A DNA stretch of 64,000 nt, taken from the NCBI RefSeq assembly GCF_964355755.1, contig NC_092672.1, positions 20,225,237-20,289,236 of the forward strand. The letters are read 5' to 3'. The notes beneath the pieces are model-generated. The model was not told where the DNA came from and searched no databases. It saw nothing but the letters and a program-made list of their open reading frames with translations. This DNA comes from Antedon mediterranea (lineage: Eukaryota > Animalia > Echinodermata). Shown piece after piece: positions 12,855 through 25,030 of the stretch (position 1 is the first letter of the stretch; each line of letters begins with the position of its first letter). The translations under genes and the position numbers were made by a program.

Positions 12855-13758
12855 AGTAGTAGCTTGATTTGTTTCTTAATGATTCCTCTACAGTTACTGT
12901 ACTTAATAACAATGTCACTATAGTAGCTTGATTTGTTTCATGATTCCTCTACAGTACTGTACTTAATAACAATGTCACCATACAGTAGCTTGATTTGTTT
13001 CTTAATGATTCCTCTACAGTTACTGTACTTAATAACAATGTCACTATAGTAGCTTGATTTGTTTCTTAATGATTCCTCTACAGTACTGTACTTAATAACA
13101 ATGTCACCATAAAGTAGCTTGATTTGTTTCTTAATGATTCCTCTACAGTACTGTTCTTAATAACAATGTCACCATACAGTAGCTTGATTTGTTTCTTAAT
13201 GATTCCTCTACAGTACTGTACTTAATAACAATGTCACTATACAGTAGCTTGATTTGTTTCATAATGATTCCTCTACAGTTACTGTACTTAATAACAATGT
13301 CACTATACAGTAGCTTGATTTGTTTCTTAATGATTCCTCTACAGTACTGTACTTAATAACAATGTCACCATACAGTAGCTTGATTTGTTTCTTAATGATT
13401 CCTCTACAGTTACTGTACTTAATAACAATGTCACTATATTAGCTTGATTTGTTTCATAATGATTCCTCTACATACTGTACTTAATAACAATGTCACCATA
13501 CAGTAGCTTGATTTGTTTCTTAATGATTCCTCTACAGTACTGTACTTAATAACAATGTCACCATACAGTAGCTTGATTTGTTTCTTAATGATTCCTTTAC
13601 AGTACTGTACTTAATAACAATGTCACTATAGTAGCTTAATTTGTTTCATAATGATTCCTCTACAGTTACTGTACTTAATAACAACGTCACTATACAGTAG
13701 CTTGATTTGTTTCTTAATGATTCCTCTACAGTACAGAACTTAATAACAATGTCACTAT
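12855..13758. repeat. Minisatellite, ~62-66-bp unit, ~14 copies
   Basis: AGTAGCTTGATTTGTTTCTTAATGATTCCTCTACAGTACTGTACTTAATAACAATGTCAC repeated. Confidence 0.95.
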
Positions 13759-16700
13759 AACAATTAATTCATTAAACACACACACACATTAAAGTAAATC
13801 TGATACAATACCCTTACACACACCAATCTTGCTTGTATTTTGTATTTTAAACGATTTATTTTATCTGTATTTTACCAAATTTTAACATTTTTTAGCTCAT
13901 TTTTATATCTTTATGAGAATTTTTAACTTTGAACAAACAAAAATTATATACATATTTTTCTGTGTTTGACCATGAATAAATGAATACTAGGCCGGTAATT
14001 TGTTTAGGTTTATAACTAAATAGGCCTACTGTAATAATATTCAATTCAAATTGTTCTATCCTAATTATAGTTTTCAAAGTATTAAATACAAAATTACTAA
14101 AGAAATATAAAATGGAGACTCCTTTATTTTTTTTTATACATAAGCAATATTATAATAATAATTAATCTGATACTCTAGAATATAAGTTTAAAGTTGATTA
14201 TTTTAATAAAATATAATATTTTTGGCATCATGTGTTACTACTACTCACACAGTGATAAAACCTAACATGGCTGTTCAAGTGAGGCAAAAGCTTCTCTTTT
14301 CACCTCCATTTAAACAATTTAAGCATTTTACTAATGTAATATACAGTACATAAGTACTTTCCTATCTACCAGATTGTTGATTCAGACAGCTTCAACCAGT
14401 TAAAGTTTTTGATAATTTCCTTGGATGATATATTTTTTACTGAAACCACTCTGAGTCTAACTAAATACCTGATCCTAATACAAATTTTAAAGATGCCAAA
14501 TAATAATAAATATAAGTTATTAAAAGATAGTGATAAAATTAGCGCTGTATGTGTCAATTGAAATGAAAATATGCTGTTAGTTTACAGGGTAAACAAAATT
14601 TGGTTCAAAACTTTACTATACCAATTTTCAACACAAGTGCAACTGATTATCAATGATTTAGACTCTCAATATAAAATCTGGTAGTGATGATGATACACCT
14701 TTAAAGCTGTTTTACAAGTGATCAAGTGTCCTTTTGCATTAGTGTTTAGTGGTTACAATAATATATAAACCACAAAAATATTGTCCAATGCTTTCTGTGT
14801 ACCAATCCAATTGTACCCAATGTTCCAAATTAATCCATCAAAAATATTTGTGGTTAATTAAATTCCACAAATGTAAAATTTATGGAGGGCGCCATTCAAG
14901 TTTATCTAAATTGTGTGCACAATAAAAAGAAGTTTGTTATATTTTAATATTGTTGGTGTTTTTGACAATTAGGCTTAAATATTAGTTGTTACTGTGTGCA
15001 AAACAATATCAGTTTTTTGTGGCAACAGTGTACAGTTATATGCTCTAATTTAAAATATAATCTTTAATGTGTATTATTATCAATACATAATGCTATACAT
15101 TATGTTTTTTCACGCTATGGTCATAAATTTCCATTTGAAACACTTTATAAAACATTGAAAACAATAGTGCTTGGCCATTTTATTAAATTAATATTAATTT
15201 TTTTAAACAGTATTTAATCAATAGTTGAAGGTGTATTGTCCTCAAAATCATGAAACATGAAGATTAATTAAATCAGATTTTTAATATGTTATTTTGTAGG
15301 GTTTTAATAAAGTTACTGTAATCACTTCCCTAGAAAAAAAAACGAAAAATAATAATGTTTTCACTTATAAAATGACAAATAAATGGTTAAATTCAACCAA
15401 AAACCCATTAAATTCTGTTTATATTGTTAGCACTTTCAGTACCAGTGTACTCTATAGCTCACTATGTCAGTCAGTAGGTTGGTCGGTAAACACTAACTCA
15501 AATGTGTGCATGTGACTGCAGCCATGTAATGGCCTTGTCATCTATTTAAATAATAATAAATACAACATAGTACAAAACTGACTCCAAATAACAAGAGGCA
15601 AGCCATGATTCAATGTTTAAATATAAATCTACCCACTGTAATGTTGGTGTTGCTACAGTTTTTCATATTTTAGAACAATGACAGATTATCAATGCTTACT
15701 TTTTAGCATTCATTCAAGTATAAGCAATAATGTCAACAGTATACTATTTGTAAATCACAATATAAAAAGATCAACTTTAATGATTTTGTAAAGCCTAATA
15801 TTTGTTTATACATTCTTTTAAATTCAAACTTTTATTTATCCACAAAATATCAAAGATCAAAAATAAACTTGTTTCAAAAATGAAAAAAAAATTAAAACAG
15901 TGATCGTGCCTTTAGTTGCATGGTCATTAAGTGACACTATTTTAACTAAAATAACTAACTTAAATTTAAAGTTTAGTTAGCAAAGTTCAAAAGGATGAAC
16001 TAAAACACATAATAAAAACCTTAAAAGAGGCTACGAGGATGCTTGTTTTTCTTGTCTTACCACTATTGAATAAATGTTATTGAATTGAAATTAAATTGAA
16101 TTGAATTCACAGCCTACACATACTATAATATAAAAAAGACAAAATATGATGTTTTAATTAAGTTTAACTAAAAATGAAAAACTACAATGTGTATTCCCTT
16201 TGCGTACTGATCAGCCATTTTTTATTGTTGCAAGGTTTCAAAAGATGCCATGAACTTTACTCCGTCCATTGGATTGAATGTTAAATCAACCAAATATAAG
16301 TCCTGATAATGAACAGAACAGAGTATGCTCAGTATAATGTGCATAAGCATGCGCAGATTAATATTTTGTGTAGATTACCGTATCCTTTCATCTACCATCC
16401 CCTTCGTCTACCGTACTGTCATAAAGTCACTAGTTTTATTTTAAATTAACAGCACACTACGTGCAACAGCTAATACAGTAGTACTAATCATTGTCAGTAT
16501 TTTCATTTCTATTGTAAATTAATAGTCAACAGATACCTCTTAGAATCAGTCAGTCATACATAATTATTATTCATCCACCCTTTACCACAAATTTGGGATT
16601 TTTAAAATGTCTTTCTTTCTATCATATATATTCATTTATGACTGACAATTTTATACTTATAGTTTCATTCTACTGTAAAACAATAATACTCTCTTTGTCA

Positions 16701-16838
16701 TTACAATCAGCCTCTTACATTAACATTCAAATTAATTCAGAATAAATACATTTGAATGATGAAGCCTAAAAAAACAAAAAAACAGAATAACTAAAATACA
16801 AATAAATTGGTATATTTCTATACTATTGTACCTTTGAT

Positions 16839-17148
16839 CAAAGAACTTATAACACAAGAATCTCCTGTTCGTCCGAAGCGCGCAACAATTTCGAAAGGCA
16901 TTGTGAGATAGAATAGAGCTAATGGGTGGCGCCATTGTGAGCCATGGAGTAGCGCGCCCTCATCAAATTAGAAAGTCAAAATCATAGAGGGGATCTGCTA
17001 ATACTATAGTGGGGATAGAGTAATTGACTGAGCCCTCTATAGGAATTAATAGTTTTGACTTCCTGGAGGGGGAGCTGCTCCTTGCTGTGAAATGGCGTTG
17101 CCCAGTTTGACCTTTTAACTCTGTACTTCTAGTACTACAAGTTCTTTG
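16839..17148. mobile_element. P-superfamily-like MITE
   Basis: TIR CAAAGAACT/AGTTCTTTG; 7-bp TSD CTTTGAT at 16832-16838 and 17149-17155. Confidence 0.75.
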
Positions 17149-17666
17149 CTTTGATGTAGATGATGATACATAAAACTGTTATAAAGCCTACCAAACATAC
17201 AGTGCTAATTGACGGTGATTATTTGCTTTTTGTTAAAAGTAAATAATAGTCAACCAGAAATAAAACTTGGTTTACTAAAAAACTAAGCTTTGGTTGTAAA
17301 CACAATGTAGGCGCTATGCAAGCGAGTTGACCAATAACAAGCAACAGTTTGGAAATTGGATAGACTACAGACAAATGGACAGACTAAATGTTGGGACAAA
17401 CAAACTTATTACATGCAATTATTACTCACTAATCAGCTCTGTAGTCCCATGGGTACTCTTTTAAATAGTTATTGATTACAGTGCCTTAAAATATTCTTTA
17501 AATAATAATTGTGTAAATTAATTTGACCAGGACCTTACCATGCCAATCCATATCAATACTTTGAGTTACACTTGTAGATAATATATTGATATTAATTTGT
17601 AGCTATACACTAGGCTTCATTATCTTAAGATTATTAGAGTATGCGTATTCAGCAGTATGATCATAC

Positions 17667-17945
17667 ACACTGTTTATATTTTGTGTGGTGTAACGAGTAC
17701 AGGGGTAGGCCTATAGCTACAGCAGTAGGTCATAATCACTGTTTATATTTTGTATGGTGTAACGAGTACAGGGGTAGGCCTATAGCTACAGCAGTAGGTC
17801 ATATCCACTGTTTATATTTTGTATGGTGTAACGAGTACAGGGGTAGGCCTATAGTTATAGCAGTGATCATAATCACTGTTTATATTTTATGTGGTGTAGT
17901 AGGAACAGAGGTAGTCCTATGCTACAGCAGTATGATCATACTCAC
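17667..17945. repeat. 69-bp tandem repeat, ~4 copies (2 in the duplicate at ~32093-32230)
   Basis: CACTGTTTATATTTTGT recurs every 69 bp. Confidence 0.9.
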
Positions 17946-18100
17946 TTATAGGGCTGGAAATCATTTAATATATTGGGTTGTAATTGGAGTAGGGAGTATG
18001 GGCAAAACATCTGACCAATTACTCAACTCCCTAAAGCAAAGCTACTCCACAGTAGTTTAATACAATTAAGCTGCTTACTTGGGCTCAAATCTAACCACTA

Positions 18101-18170
18101 GCCATCAGCGCAAGTGGTCAGAGGTAAGAACGCCAGGCTAGTGATCTGGAGGTCGTGGGTTCGAGCACCC
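18101..18170 (+). mobile_element. tRNA-derived SINE head or tRNA pseudogene
   Basis: A-box-like GTGGTCAGAGG, anticodon-like arm CAGG-CTAGTGA-TCTG, B-box GGTTCGAGC; acceptor stem broken. Confidence 0.55.
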
Positions 18171-18319
18171 GAGAACTGTAATTTTTTCGCAAGTCTCAAG
18201 TGTACTTAGTATGAAGTACAAATGACGTCAGAGTAGGGCAAAACATCTGAACAATCATTCAAATATACCAAATTTTATATTGTGGTGTGTCTGGTACAGG
18301 GGTATGGCTATATCAGTAT

Positions 18320-21300
18320 TAGGCTAGTCAATCTAGCAAAAAAAACAGCCCAAAGTGAAACAAATTGCAAACAGAGAATTTTCTTTTTTAAATGGTCATA
18401 TATGATGAGGAGATCAAAATTTGAGCATCACACCTCTGTCACTCATCCCGATGATATGCAAATTAGCTTAAATATGCAAATTAGGGTGAAATTACAAGGT
18501 TACCATATCTCAAAAACTACTAGTCCGAGAGAGTTGATTTTTTCACTGATCTATTCTAAATGTATATATTTATATTTACTCTAATGAAACATTTTACGAA
18601 AAAATGACCGGAAGTACAACATTTGACCGTCGACCCCATTTCTCAATGTTTGCATCAATGTGACTTAAATGTCTGTAGAGACTTTATTTTGCCCTCAAAT
18701 GACCCAGACATAGGTTCCTAATAGCCAGCATAGGATCCCTTTGTAATTCCCAAAATCACACCTTTGTCACACACCTCGAAAGTATGCAAATTAGTAGTAC
18801 AATTTAAATAAAATATGCAAATAAAGGGAAAAAATTACAGTTGTCCTATATCTCGAAAACCACTAATGCTAGAGAGCTGATTTTTTCACAGCCGTATTCA
18901 AAATGTACATATTTCTATTTGTTCCAATGAAACATTTTACAAAAAATTGACCGGAAGTATGACATTTGACCCTCGACCCCATTTCTCAATATTGCATATA
19001 TAAATGAAACTAAAATGTCTGTAGATACTTTGTTTTGCCCTCAAATGACTCCGATACAGGTTTCTAATAGCCAACATAGGACTGTTTAGTAGATCTCAAA
19101 ATCACACCTGTATCACTCACCTCCAAAGTATGAAAATTATTAGTACAAGTTACATGGAATATGCAAATTAGAGGGTGAAATTAAAGGTTCTTATATATCG
19201 AAAACCACTAAGGCTAGAGAGTTGATTTTTTCAATAACTTGTTCAGAATGTACATATTTATATTTACTCTAATGAAACATTTTACGAAAAAATGACCGGA
19301 AATACAACAATTGACCCTCGACCCCATTTATTAATGTTTGCATACATAATGCGACTAAAATGTCTGTAGAGACTTTGTTTTGGACTCAAATAACTCGGAT
19401 ACATGTTTCCTATAGTCAGCATAGGACCGCTTTGTAATTCCCAAAATCACGCCTTCGTTTTGGCATGGTTGGAATTCCCTTTTTTCGTATTAGTTTATGT
19501 ACAGCGCTTAGAGGTTACACAAGGCGCTATATAAATCCAGGATATTATTATTATTATTTCTCAATATTTGCATATAATGCAACTAAAATGTATGTACAGA
19601 CTTTGTTTTGGCCTCAAATGACTCGGATACAGGTTTTATATAGCCAGTATAAGTCAAGCACCTCGAAAGTATGCAAATTAGTAGTACAAGCTATATGAAA
19701 TATGCAAGTTACAGTGAATTGCCTTATGTATCTCGAAAACGCTAATGACCGAGAGAGAGAGATATGGCAACTTTCTTGTACTACTGATTTGCATACTTTC
19801 AAGCGAAGTAACAGAGGTGTGATTTTGAGAATTACTAAACAGTTCTATGCTGGCTATAGAAAACCTGTATCTGGGTCATTATTGAAAAAGAAAATTATCC
19901 AAAGTATGACATTTGACCCTCCAACCTATTTCTCAATATTTTCATATAATGCAACTAAAATGTATGTACATACTTTGTTTTGGCCTCAAATGACTTGGAT
20001 ACAGGTTTTATATAGCCAGTATAGGATCGTTTAGTAATTCCAAAAGTCAAGCAACTCGAAAGTATGCAAATTATTAGTACAAGTTATATGAAATATGCAA
20101 ATTACAGCCTTATGTATCTCGAAAAACGCTAATGACCGATAGAGATATGGCAACTTTCACCTCTTGTACTACTAATTTGCATATTTTCTAGGGAAGTAAC
20201 AAAGGTATAATTTTGAGAATTACTACAGTTCTATGCTGGCTATAGAAAACCTGTATCTGAGTCATTTGAGGCCAAAACAGTCTGTACAGATATTTTAGTT
20301 TAATTATATGAAAATATTGAGAAATAGGGTCAAGGGTCAAATGTCATAATTCAATCAAGACAATTTTTGCATAAAATGTTTCATTACAGCGAATATAAAT
20401 ATGTACATTCTGAATCAACTCTGAATTCAAATCAACTCTCTAGCATTAATGGTTTTCGAGATATGGGAAGACTGTAATTTCACCCCTAATTTGCATATTT
20501 CATGTAACTTGTACTAATAATTTGCATACTTTCAAGGTATGTGACAAAGATGTGATTTTGGGAATTACAAAGAGGTCCTATGCTGACAATAGGAAAACTG
20601 TATCCGAGTCATTTGAGTCCAAAAAAATTATCTACAGACATTTTAGTCGCATTATGTATGCAAGCATTGATAAATAGGGTCAAGGGTCAATTGTTGTATT
20701 TCCGGTCATTTTTTCGTAAAATGTTTCATTAGAGCAAATATAAATATGTACATTCTGAACAAGTTTTTGAAAAAATCAACTCTCTACCTTAGCGGTTTTC
20801 GATACATATAGGAACTTGTAATTTCACCCCCTAATTTGCATATTTCATGTAACTTGTACTAATAATTTGCATACTTTGAAGGTGAGTGATACAGGTGTGA
20901 TTTTGAGATTTACTAAACATTCCAATGTTGGCTATTAGAAACCTGTATCCGAGTTATTTGAGGGCAAAACAAAGTCTCTACAGACATTTTAGTTTTCATT
21001 ATATATGCAATATTGAGAAATGGGGTCGAGGGTCAAATGTCATAGTTCCGGGCATTTTTTTGTAAAATGTCTCATTACAGCAAATATAAATATATACATT
21101 TTAAATATTTTAGTGAAAAAATCAACACTCTAGCATTAGCGGTTTTCGAGATATGGCAATGCTGTAATTTCACTCCCTAATTTGCATATTTAATATTACT
21201 TGTACTACTAATTTGCATACTTTCGAGGTGCGTGACGAAGTTGTGATTTTAGGAATTATAATACAGTTCTATGGTGGGTATTGAAAAACAATATCCAAGT

Positions 21301-21673
21301 GATTGAGTCCAAAATAAAGTCTCTACAGACATTTTAATCACATATTATGTAAATATTGAGAAATGGGGTCAAGGGTCAAAATTTGGTACTTCTGGACATT
21401 TTTATGTAAAATGTCTCATTAGAGCAAATATAAATATATATATTCTGAACCAGACTGTGCAAAAATGAACTCTCTACGATTAGTAGTTTTTAAGATATGG
21501 TAACCCTGTAATTTCACCCTAATTTGCATATTTAAGCTAATTTGCATACCTTCGGGATGAGTGTCAGAGGTGTGATGCTCAAAAAATAATCACCTTATCA
21601 TATGTAACCATTTAAAAAAAAAAAATCTCTGTTTGCAATTTGTTTCACTCAAAATGCTAGATTGACTAGCCTA
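18320..21673. mobile_element. 3.35-kb non-autonomous foldback transposon, Academ-like
   Basis: Termini TAGGCTAGTCAATCTAGCA/TGCTAGATTGACTAGCCTA; 3-bp TSD TAT confirmed by the empty site CAGTATGGTCATACTCGC at ~32618; >1-kb inverted arms built of ~345-bp subrepeats. Confidence 0.85.
19490..19557 (+). mobile_element. L2-type LINE/SINE 3' tail inside the foldback element
   Basis: AGCGCTTAGAG...GGCGCTATATAAAT stem-loop followed by (ATT)n. Confidence 0.55.
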
Positions 21674-22695
21674 TATGGTCATACTCGCTTAGTGCTGGAA
21701 ATTAATGGTATGTGACCTGATTTTAGTGAAGGTGACAAAGTCACATTCCTCAAATATGTATCATGTTCAAAGAGACTTTTATACCATATAACCATAACAT
21801 CTTTATTATAGGCCTATTAGAGAGTTTGTTTATAATTATACATTTATCCCATTTCATGTATCTATACATACAGGGTATCAAAATGACCCAATTGTACTAG
21901 GAATGTTATATGTAGTTTCAACATTATCAAACATCTTTGATCCAATATTGTGGTCAATGGGGTTGTAGTGAATATATAGCGTATGCGTTCTCTGGCGTAT
22001 TTAAATCCATGCGACGTACATTGACACTGACACTGAATGATTTCTCATACAAAAAGTATACCGTATTCAACTAAAACTTTTATTTCTTGTAACTCAGTAT
22101 TAATACAACTTTCTACCAGTCTAGACCTTTCTTCTCTATACTCTATACGTCTATCTACTATGATCTTATTTTCTCTTCTCCCCTAATCTAATATCTATAA
22201 CATTTTACTACTTATACTGAACATGCAAATTAGGGGCTTAGAGGAGGATAACATTTTCCCCCCAAAGTTTCCCACCAAAATTATACGATTTTTGATTGGC
22301 TATTAAATTTAGCAGACCATAGTCTAAGACATTCTTTATCTAACTACAGGAACTGAGAAACATAATATTATGACAGGGGTGGAAATTCACCACTTTTTGT
22401 ATGTTTGTCTGTTTTTTGTTTATATTGCATGCATCCATACATATGGTGAATAAAAATGGCCACAATTAGGGAGAGCATGGGGTATTAATGAGGTATCAAA
22501 CTTTACTTGATTGCAATTGTACTGTGTTTTAAACTATAATTGAAACTTCTCTTGGGCAAGTACACTTACTAGTTTGAGATATACTTTTATTCAACTGGGA
22601 TATATTATTGTAAAAAGATTCTTGTTGTTTTGTTTTTTTTTTATTAACAAAAATGTGCATTTTTCTAACATAATTCTTTTTTAAATGTTAAATAG

Positions 22696-22794
22696 AAAGG
22701 CAATACAGCATTGCATCAGGGTGCACAATGTGGTCACTTCGATATCTGCCAAACATTGGTAGACATGGCAGCAGCAGTGGACCAACAAAATAAT
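22696..22794 (+). CDS. Internal exon encoding one ankyrin repeat (KGNTALHQGAQCGHFDICQTLVDMAAAVDQQNN)
   Basis: 99 bp, phase 0-0; AATAG acceptor with upstream CTAAC branch-like motif; GTAAGT donor; G-x-TALH motif. Confidence 0.9.
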
Positions 22795-23889
22795 GTAAGT
22801 CATAAATTAATTGTTGTAATTGCATTCATGATCAGAATCCTAAATGTTGTAATTATTCAATTTAGATTAAAATGCTTGTTCCTCAAACACAATTGCACAA
22901 AATGCATTCCTAAAGAATGTAATTATTTTATTACGGTATAGAGGCTACTTGTTAATAACTTCATATTTTTTCTTATTTTGAATTTTATTCAATTGTCTAA
23001 TTATTCAACATCAAGATAGTGCAGGCAAGTGAACATAGACAGAAAAAAATTAAACAAGTTTAAAATGCTATTTTTGAGGCTATTAAAAACCTGCAATTAA
23101 TCTAGCAATCATTGGGTGGATTATACTGTAATTTGGTTATTAGAATCACTTTGGTTTTGAAGTTTCTTGTTGGTATGACAACTACAACTAATGCAGCTCC
23201 TGCATTGTATCTGTCTCAGAATATCCTGTATAATCAATCTTCTTCAAACTTGTTTTTTTTTTTCATTACATTAGTAATGCTAATTTTAATACAATTTTTT
23301 TTTTAGTACAATTTTTTATAACGATTATAGTATTATTGAATGCTTTTCATGTTCGGTAAATTTTATTCAAACAAAATAAGGATGCCAGGTTTGCTATAAA
23401 AAAGGAAAGCTTAAAAATTGTCTACGGTAAATATTTGGTTTTCTTTTGGATGAAAACTCTTTCTTTACGCTTGCTCATTAGCTATTTCTGTTAGCAATTG
23501 CTCACTATTATAACATTGTATTTCCATACCTTCATTCCTATCAATCAATCCTTCTGGTTGCTATGTTTCATTAGTTGAAATGGAGAAAGACCACAAAGAC
23601 AAAGACATTCAAAATGCACATGTTCAAATTTCGGCAGTAACACCTATTAAGAAATAATCTTTTGGTTCACCTTTTTGTGTCAGAGGTCAGAGTATGAGGC
23701 AACATTGTATTCAAGTGCAAGCTGATAAGTTTTAAAATTTCATTTGTTCTCTCTTATATTTTGGTTAAGTTTTCACTGCATGGTATTCTTTAATACTTTC
23801 TAGTCACCATTAAGGAAATAGGCCTAGTAGATGAGTATTCTTAACAAAGATTAAAGCAGATTTAAAACCTAGGCCCAACACAAAACAAT

Positions 23890-24834
23890 ATGGCCTCCAG
23901 AAGCATGCATGGTAGCTCATCTAGAGAGGCTAGCCCCTCTACTGCTAGGCCTAACACTAGAAATACTAAGAAGAAAGGAAGCGATAAACAACCCAGTTCT
24001 AAGGCAGATGCTGAAACAAAATGCACTAAATGTTTTAAACCAGTGGAGGAAAATATGAAGTTTTTAAAATGTGACTTTTGTGGAACAAAAACTTGTGTTG
24101 ATTGTACAGGCCTAGCAGAGTCAGTGTATGATGCCATAGTGTCTTGCCAGCTACCAAACTTTATTCGGTCATATCATTCTTGCTCTAATGCAATACCTAC
24201 GATCAAGAATGTTAGTAAAATGATGAAAGGAATTATAGATGATCAAAAAATACTATCAAAAAAAGTTGAGGATCTTAATGATAAAGTGGATACCATGGAA
24301 AATCATATCGAGGAAAAGATAAGAGAAGCTATTGATGATTTTAGGGATAGAGAAGCAAGAAAATGTAACTTAATCATACACAATGTACCTGAATCCCATC
24401 ATGAAGACTCAAAAGATAGAAGGAAGGAAGACACTGTGTACGTTGACGATGTTTTCAATGCCTGTCAGGCCACTGGTTCGACGTTATCCTCAGTTATAAG
24501 ATTGGGAAAAAGAGAAAGAGAAGGAAACAAGCCAAGGCTGCTAAAAGTGACAGTTGATTCGGTAGCCACAAAGAGGAACACCCTTGGCGGAACAAAAAAC
24601 CTAAGGGACGGCAAAAGTGATAAATGGAGTAACATATATGTCACGCCAGACCTGACCCAAAAGGAGAGGGAGAAAAACAAGCTGTTAAGAGAGACGCTAT
24701 CATTCAGACGAAATGAAGAAGGCAATGAGTCCTTAGCTATAAGAAGAGGTAAAATCGTTGATCTGTCTAAAAAACGTGTAAATTTAAACGCTAAAGAAGG
24801 ATCAATAAAGGGCAACCAGCCCTTTCCAAGATAG
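23890..24834 (+). CDS. CR1 ORF1 protein (PHD-like finger, coiled coil, RRM-like/C-terminal domain)
   Basis: CxxC...CxxC...CxxC cysteine pattern, NLIIHNVPE, RLGK...KPRLLKV and IYVTPDLT motifs typical of CR1/L2 ORF1p. Confidence 0.85.
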   Translation: MASRSMHGSSSREASPSTARPNTRNTKKKGSDKQPSSKADAETKCTKCFKPVEENMKFLKCDFCGTKTCVDCTGLAESVYDAIVSCQLPNFIRSYHSCSNAIPTIKNVSKMMKGIIDDQKILSKKVEDLNDKVDTMENHIEEKIREAIDDFRDREARKCNLIIHNVPESHHEDSKDRRKEDTVYVDDVFNACQATGSTLSSVIRLGKREREGNKPRLLKVTVDSVATKRNTLGGTKNLRDGKSDKWSNIYVTPDLTQKEREKNKLLRETLSFRRNEEGNESLAIRRGKIVDLSKKRVNLNAKEGSIKGNQPFPR

Positions 24835-25030
24835 CAGGAACCTTAACATATTTAGTACCAAAGAAAGTTGTTTAGTTTCATCTACTATTAGTGATAAAGA
24901 AACACATTATTTATGTTCCGAGTCCAATAACAAAATAAGTCCTGAAGAAAATGTTTCAGTTTCGTCAAATAGAAGTGATAAAGAAAATAACTATTTATGT
25001 TCTGATTCTGATTCAAGAAATGATGTTATA

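Larger units (their letters stand above)
15615..23350 (+). repeat. Segmental duplication copy A (intron + ankyrin exon module)
   Basis: Colinear with 29430-33840 from GTTTAAATATAAATCTACCCACTG to TATTATTGAATGC; differs by copy-specific insertions. Confidence 0.9.

Noticed and set aside
12855-13758. CRISPR-like regular array (also 3262-4450 and 45935-49474)
   Set aside because: No unique spacers, no cas genes, eukaryotic context; ordinary tandem repeats
17641-18060. 139-aa Cys/His repeat ORF
   Set aside because: Product of the 69-bp tandem repeat; not preserved in the duplicate copy
21810-22400. Possible second solo LTR specific to duplicate A
   Set aside because: No convincing TG...CA pair with a TSD; could equally be a deletion in copy B
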